The notes beneath the pieces are model-generated. The model worked only from the letters and a program-made list of their open reading frames with translations, searched no databases and was not told the origin of the DNA. This document shows positions 60,054-64,000 of a DNA stretch of 64,000 nucleotides, piece by piece (the first letter of the stretch is position 1; each line of letters opens with the position of its first letter). The position numbers were made by a program, and so were the translations under genes. The DNA lies in NCBI GenBank assembly GCA_025201805.1, contig MU619262.1, positions 127,978 through 191,977 on the forward strand, written 5' to 3'. The DNA is from Parasitella parasitica NRRL 2501. Lineage: Eukaryota; Fungi; Mucoromycota.

Positions 60054-63000
60054 ATGTTCACTAAAAGAGAGCGCCCGCTTGATTTCTTTGACGAAGAAGA
60101 AGATGATTTAGACTACCTGATCGAAGCCAGTATTGAAAATAGTAGCAGCAAGGAGAATGACATTGTTGGGCTAGATGATTACTTGAAACAGACACCTGGT
60201 AGCAACCACAAGCCAAGTAAGCAAGACACACACACAGCCACAGACAAGAGCAGCTTCTAACATTGAATTCCTAGATCAAAGTAACTATGATCCAGCAAGC
60301 TTCGCTGGTAACTTTGGCGACTACGGTCAGCTTGACAATAGCACTTTTAATGAAGAGGATTTGTTTGTGCAGGCAGATCCCATCTCGTCGCATGGTGAGT
60401 CAGTTACGAGGGCCATGTGTGATATGGACATTGACGACAATGAAGACGATGGCTACGAAATCGATTTGACTGGAGCTGAGAGGATGCCAGACGTCGAATC
60501 TTACAGTATTATCAAGACAAACAAAGTAATCAACTACACGCAGATTCCTGACAATGGAGCCTTCGTTTCCGCTACCTGCCCAGTCACCAACTCATCCTTA
60601 TATTTCAGTAAAAGAACACCAACAGATTTGAAGCGTCGGCAAAAAGAGTTGAATGACAAGGCCATTAAAAAAACGAATAGATCATTATTGCCAAAGCCTC
60701 TCTGGCAATTGAGAAAAGAGATTGAGAAAAACAACCTAGAGGAATTGAAAAGGATTGAAAAGTGTGTTTGCAGACAGCAGCAGATTGAATTGTATATACT
60801 AATACAGTTTTGCTTTCAAGGGAGATCGAAGAATCAAGAAGCAGGAAAAAGAAAAAAGTGCAACCCAAAGATGATTCAGGCCAGCTTTGGGTCGATAAAT
60901 ATCGCCCCTCGTCTTACATGGATCTGATGGGTGACCAACGTGTCAATCGAGACGTGCTGCGATGGGTTAAGCAATGGGATCACTGCGTGTTCAAGAAATC
61001 AGCCAGGATAGAATCACAACGTGATAAACAATTGAGACATTACAAAAGCACATTTGGTATAACGCCCAAGTTTGCTGCCTACAAGAAAGATGTCAAAGAA
61101 ACAAGCGACCCGTTGTTAAGACCAGAAAAGAAGGTAGATTACACAGGAAAGTGCATGCGAGGTACGCTAAAACCAGCTGTAGATTCTGTTAATGTCGGGT
61201 CCTCCTGGCTTCGGTAAGACTACATTAGCTCATGTCGTTGCTAAACAGGCAGGATACAACATAATTGAAGTGAATGCCAGTGACGATAGAACGGGTGAGG
61301 TGGTCAAATCAAAGATAAAATCTTCGTTGGAGCATCAGGCGATCATACGAGACGTGAATGTAAAGGAAGAAAAACGGGAAATGTCAATGTCATCAAAGCC
61401 TAATATATTGATCATTGATGAAATTGATGGGGCCAGTGCTGGAGGTGGCCAGGATGTAAGTTCTTATAGTGTTGTTGTTTTTTTAAAAAAAAAAAAAAAA
61501 AAAATCTCCTCATTATTAATTCACTGGATTTGAGTAGAGTTTTATCAAGCAGTTGGTTCAACTCGCCACTGCCGAAATTGGTAATGGAAAAACAGGTAAG
61601 TTGCGCATTATTATCGCTTAGAGGATTATACCAAGTAGACTGGTGTAGGCAAAAAAAAGGGACCAAAACCTTTACTTCGGCCGATCATTTGTATTTGTAA
61701 CGATGCGTAAGTTTACTGAAACAATTGCTCACACACCCTTTGACTCTCGACTTTAGATATGCGCCTGTTCTTCGACCTCTTCGTATGGTTGCCGAGCTAG
61801 TGCAGTTTAAAAAAGTGCCAATGATGTCCTTAGCAAAGAGATTGCAGAATATTTGTGACAATGAAGGATTAGACAGTGATTTGAGAACGTTGAGCATTTT
61901 GTCAGAAACCACGGATGGCGATTTAAGAAGCTGTTTGAACACTTTGCAAGCAAGTTGTTGGTCGTTACAAGCCTATATTTATTTTCTAATGTTCCAGCTT
62001 AGTTTGTTAGGGGTAAAAGCACGGTTCTCACTCGGGATATGTTGAAAGAGGCAGGCATTGGTAAAAAGGATATGGGCCAATCCTTGTTCTCTATATGGGA
62101 AGATTTGTTTTCTGCACCAAATGCCCGTCTGAAGAACTCGCTCAACAAGGATGACGTTGGTAGGCAACAAACATAAATGCTTATAGTACATGTATTAACA
62201 TACAAACTGAGCTAGATAATAACAAATACATGGACAGACTGACAACTGCAATAATGTCAAATGGTGAAATCGAAAGAATAATGCAAGGCTGTTTTGAGGC
62301 ATACCCCATGATGAGATTCCATGATGTAGCACTCGAAAAGTTTTGCTTTATTGGGGAATGGCTTCATTTCTACGACCAAGTCTATCATAGAACCAACGAA
62401 AAGCACGAGTATGAAATGTTCAAGTATCTGCCATATCCTATTGTCAACTTTCATCGATTTTTTGCTGGTGCTGTGGTGCAAGAACATCGAGTCGAATATC
62501 CTAGAGTCGATTATGAAATCTACTCTACCAAAAAGTCATATGAAAACCTAATTGAGGTGTTTTTGGCTGGTATTCACCCTCAAAAGAGGAGGTTTTTGAA
62601 CCATGATATGATTGCTAATGAGCTTGTTCCTTTGTTGATGCATGTTATTTCACCCGATTTGAAGCCAGTAGGTGATATACGGCACAATTTGAAATGTTGA
62701 CCTGAGCTAAAGCCAATGATAGGTGAATCAACAACTAATCAAACCAACAGAAAAAGCAAAGCTAGATAGATTAGTTCGCATTATGATTGAGTTTGGGCTT
62801 TCTTATGTGCAAGAAAAGAATGAAGACGGACAATTTGTGTTTAAGCTTGAGCCGTAAGAGAAGAAACAGAGTAATCGTGCAGTGTAGCTAATGATTGATC
62901 AAACAGACCGGTGGAGCAACTTTTGAATTTTAACTTGTCGAGTCCAAAATCCATACTTCCAAAGCAATATGCTGTTAGACAAATGATTTCGCACGAGGTA

Positions 63001-63473
63001 CGAATGCAACATTTACACAAAAAGTAGACTAAAATATCTCTGAAATCAGATTGACACCGAAATACTGCGAAGAAGAGAAGAAGCCTCGCAATTACGAAAC
63101 AAAGGAAATGAAAAAGCATCAGACGCCGGGTAAGTCAAGCAAATGCATATGAACCATGCACTTGGAATATTCAAACTTCCATACTAGACTTATTCCAAAC
63201 AAAATCAAGAAGAAAATAGCAACAGAAAAGCAAATTTCGCTTGATTTCTTTGGCCGTGCAATTGTGTCTAAAGACGAGACTTTGAAAACAACAAAGAGCC
63301 TTAAAATGAAAGGTAAATTACTGTTACATGGAAGCATGTTGATTATAAAATTGATCCTTTTTTTTTTTTCTTTTGTCTTAGTTGATACACCTAAAACAAG
63401 TGTATTTTATAGATACCATGAGGGGTTTTCAAATGCTGTTAGAAAACCAATGACAGTGCAAATGTTTCTTTAA
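60054..63473 (+). CDS. CTF18: Chromosome transmission fidelity protein 18 (alternative RFC large subunit)
   Basis: LWVDKYRP, SGPPGFGKTTLAH, EVNASDDR, IIDEIDG, RPIICICND, DLRSCLNTLQ/F, DFFGR and C-terminal YHEGFSNAVRKP; many introns including one GC-AG (61950-62002). Confidence 0.96.
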
Positions 63474-63481
63474 TAAAAAGC

Positions 63482-64000
63482 TTAGCGCAATTGAACATAC
63501 TGACAAGCTACACATGTAGACCATTTTTTCTCGTTTTCTAATGTACACTGAGGACAAGACCAATAATCACCTTCAACAATAACATCATAGGGCCTTTCCG
63601 TTTGACAGATTTGACAGGCTAGCGTAATTGGTCCATTGAGAAAAGTGCAAGCAGGGCAGGCCCATCCGTCCTGGTTTGACGTATGGGAATCAGCTGTACG
63701 TTTCTTCTTTGACTGAGCCTCCATTATTTTGGGTATATTGAGGCTAAGCCTTCTTTTGGGTCCTTGGTTATTACCAGAAAGCGGGGAGGATACAGCAGGA
63801 GACGATGCAGCAGATGAAGAAGGGCTGCTTTCTTGCTCTACACTCCCCCCACACCAAACTTTATCCGATTGTCGTTTCTGAGCTGCTCTTGCTGCTAGCT
63901 GTGAAGGCGTCATATTCTTGATGTGGCTGCCTCCCAATCTAATTCCATCTGCTGGCAGCATGATTTTTGCTGTCTGCAATCTTTTCTCGGCTGCTTTTGC
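63482..64000 (-). CDS. 3' part of Wss1/WLM-type metalloprotease-like protein with two RanBP2-type zinc fingers
   Basis: GIRLGG (SHP-like), QLAARAAQKR (VIM-like), KVWCG, WACPACTFLN...CQIC and WSCPQCTLEN...CVAC. The protease domain would lie beyond the window. Confidence 0.75.
   Translation of the reverse strand, partial: AKAAEKRLQTAKIMLPADGIRLGGSHIKNMTPSQLAARAAQKRQSDKVWCGGSVEQESSPSSSAASSPAVSSPLSGNNQGPKRRLSLNIPKIMEAQSKKKRTADSHTSNQDGWACPACTFLNGPITLACQICQTERPYDVIVEGDYWSCPQCTLENEKKWSTCVACQYVQLR

Noticed and set aside
1-64000. tRNA, rRNA, snRNA, TPP riboswitch, CRISPR array, mating-type HMG locus
   Set aside because: No convincing signatures seen by eye; a covariance-model scan (Infernal/tRNAscan-SE) would be needed to exclude small ncRNAs.

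Overview
Eukaryotic, intron-rich fungal DNA. Short 45-120 nt introns, AT-rich intergenic regions, eEF3 and several animal-like genes point to an early-diverging fungus, most likely Mucorales. I reconstructed about 23 protein-coding genes by hand-splicing, so exon boundaries are my inference. They are: a SAP-domain kinase (cut by the left edge), AMID/FSP1-like oxidoreductase, AGX1, START lipid-transfer protein, small membrane protein, LRR/BC-box protein, HIR1, OS9/Yos9, MIC19, O-GlcNAc transferase, PIG-B/GPI10, Crz1-like C2H2 TF, HP1/Swi6-like protein, PTPMT1-like phosphatase, GH5 EGCrP glycolipid hydrolase, small mitochondrial membrane protein, eEF3, RUS1/DUF647, PRI1, FOL3, PTC7, CTF18 and a Wss1/WLM-like protein (cut by the right edge). 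There are also degenerate Helitron and Tc1/IS630 relics, a 111-bp tandem duplication and three N-gaps. No rRNA, tRNA or CRISPR array was recognised. The most interesting signals are hidden C-terminal targeting codes and unusual domain variants: (1) a cryptic peroxisomal PTS1 (-ARL) in frame behind the leaky-context UGA-CU stop of AGX1; (2) a hidden last exon that adds a transmembrane tail-anchor to the FSP1-like enzyme; (3) a SAP-fused kinase with WNK-style displacement of the catalytic lysine; (4) an LRRC58-like BC-box/Cys-motif LRR protein; (5) a CaaX box on the GH5 enzyme; (6) an 11xHis upstream ORF before FOL3.
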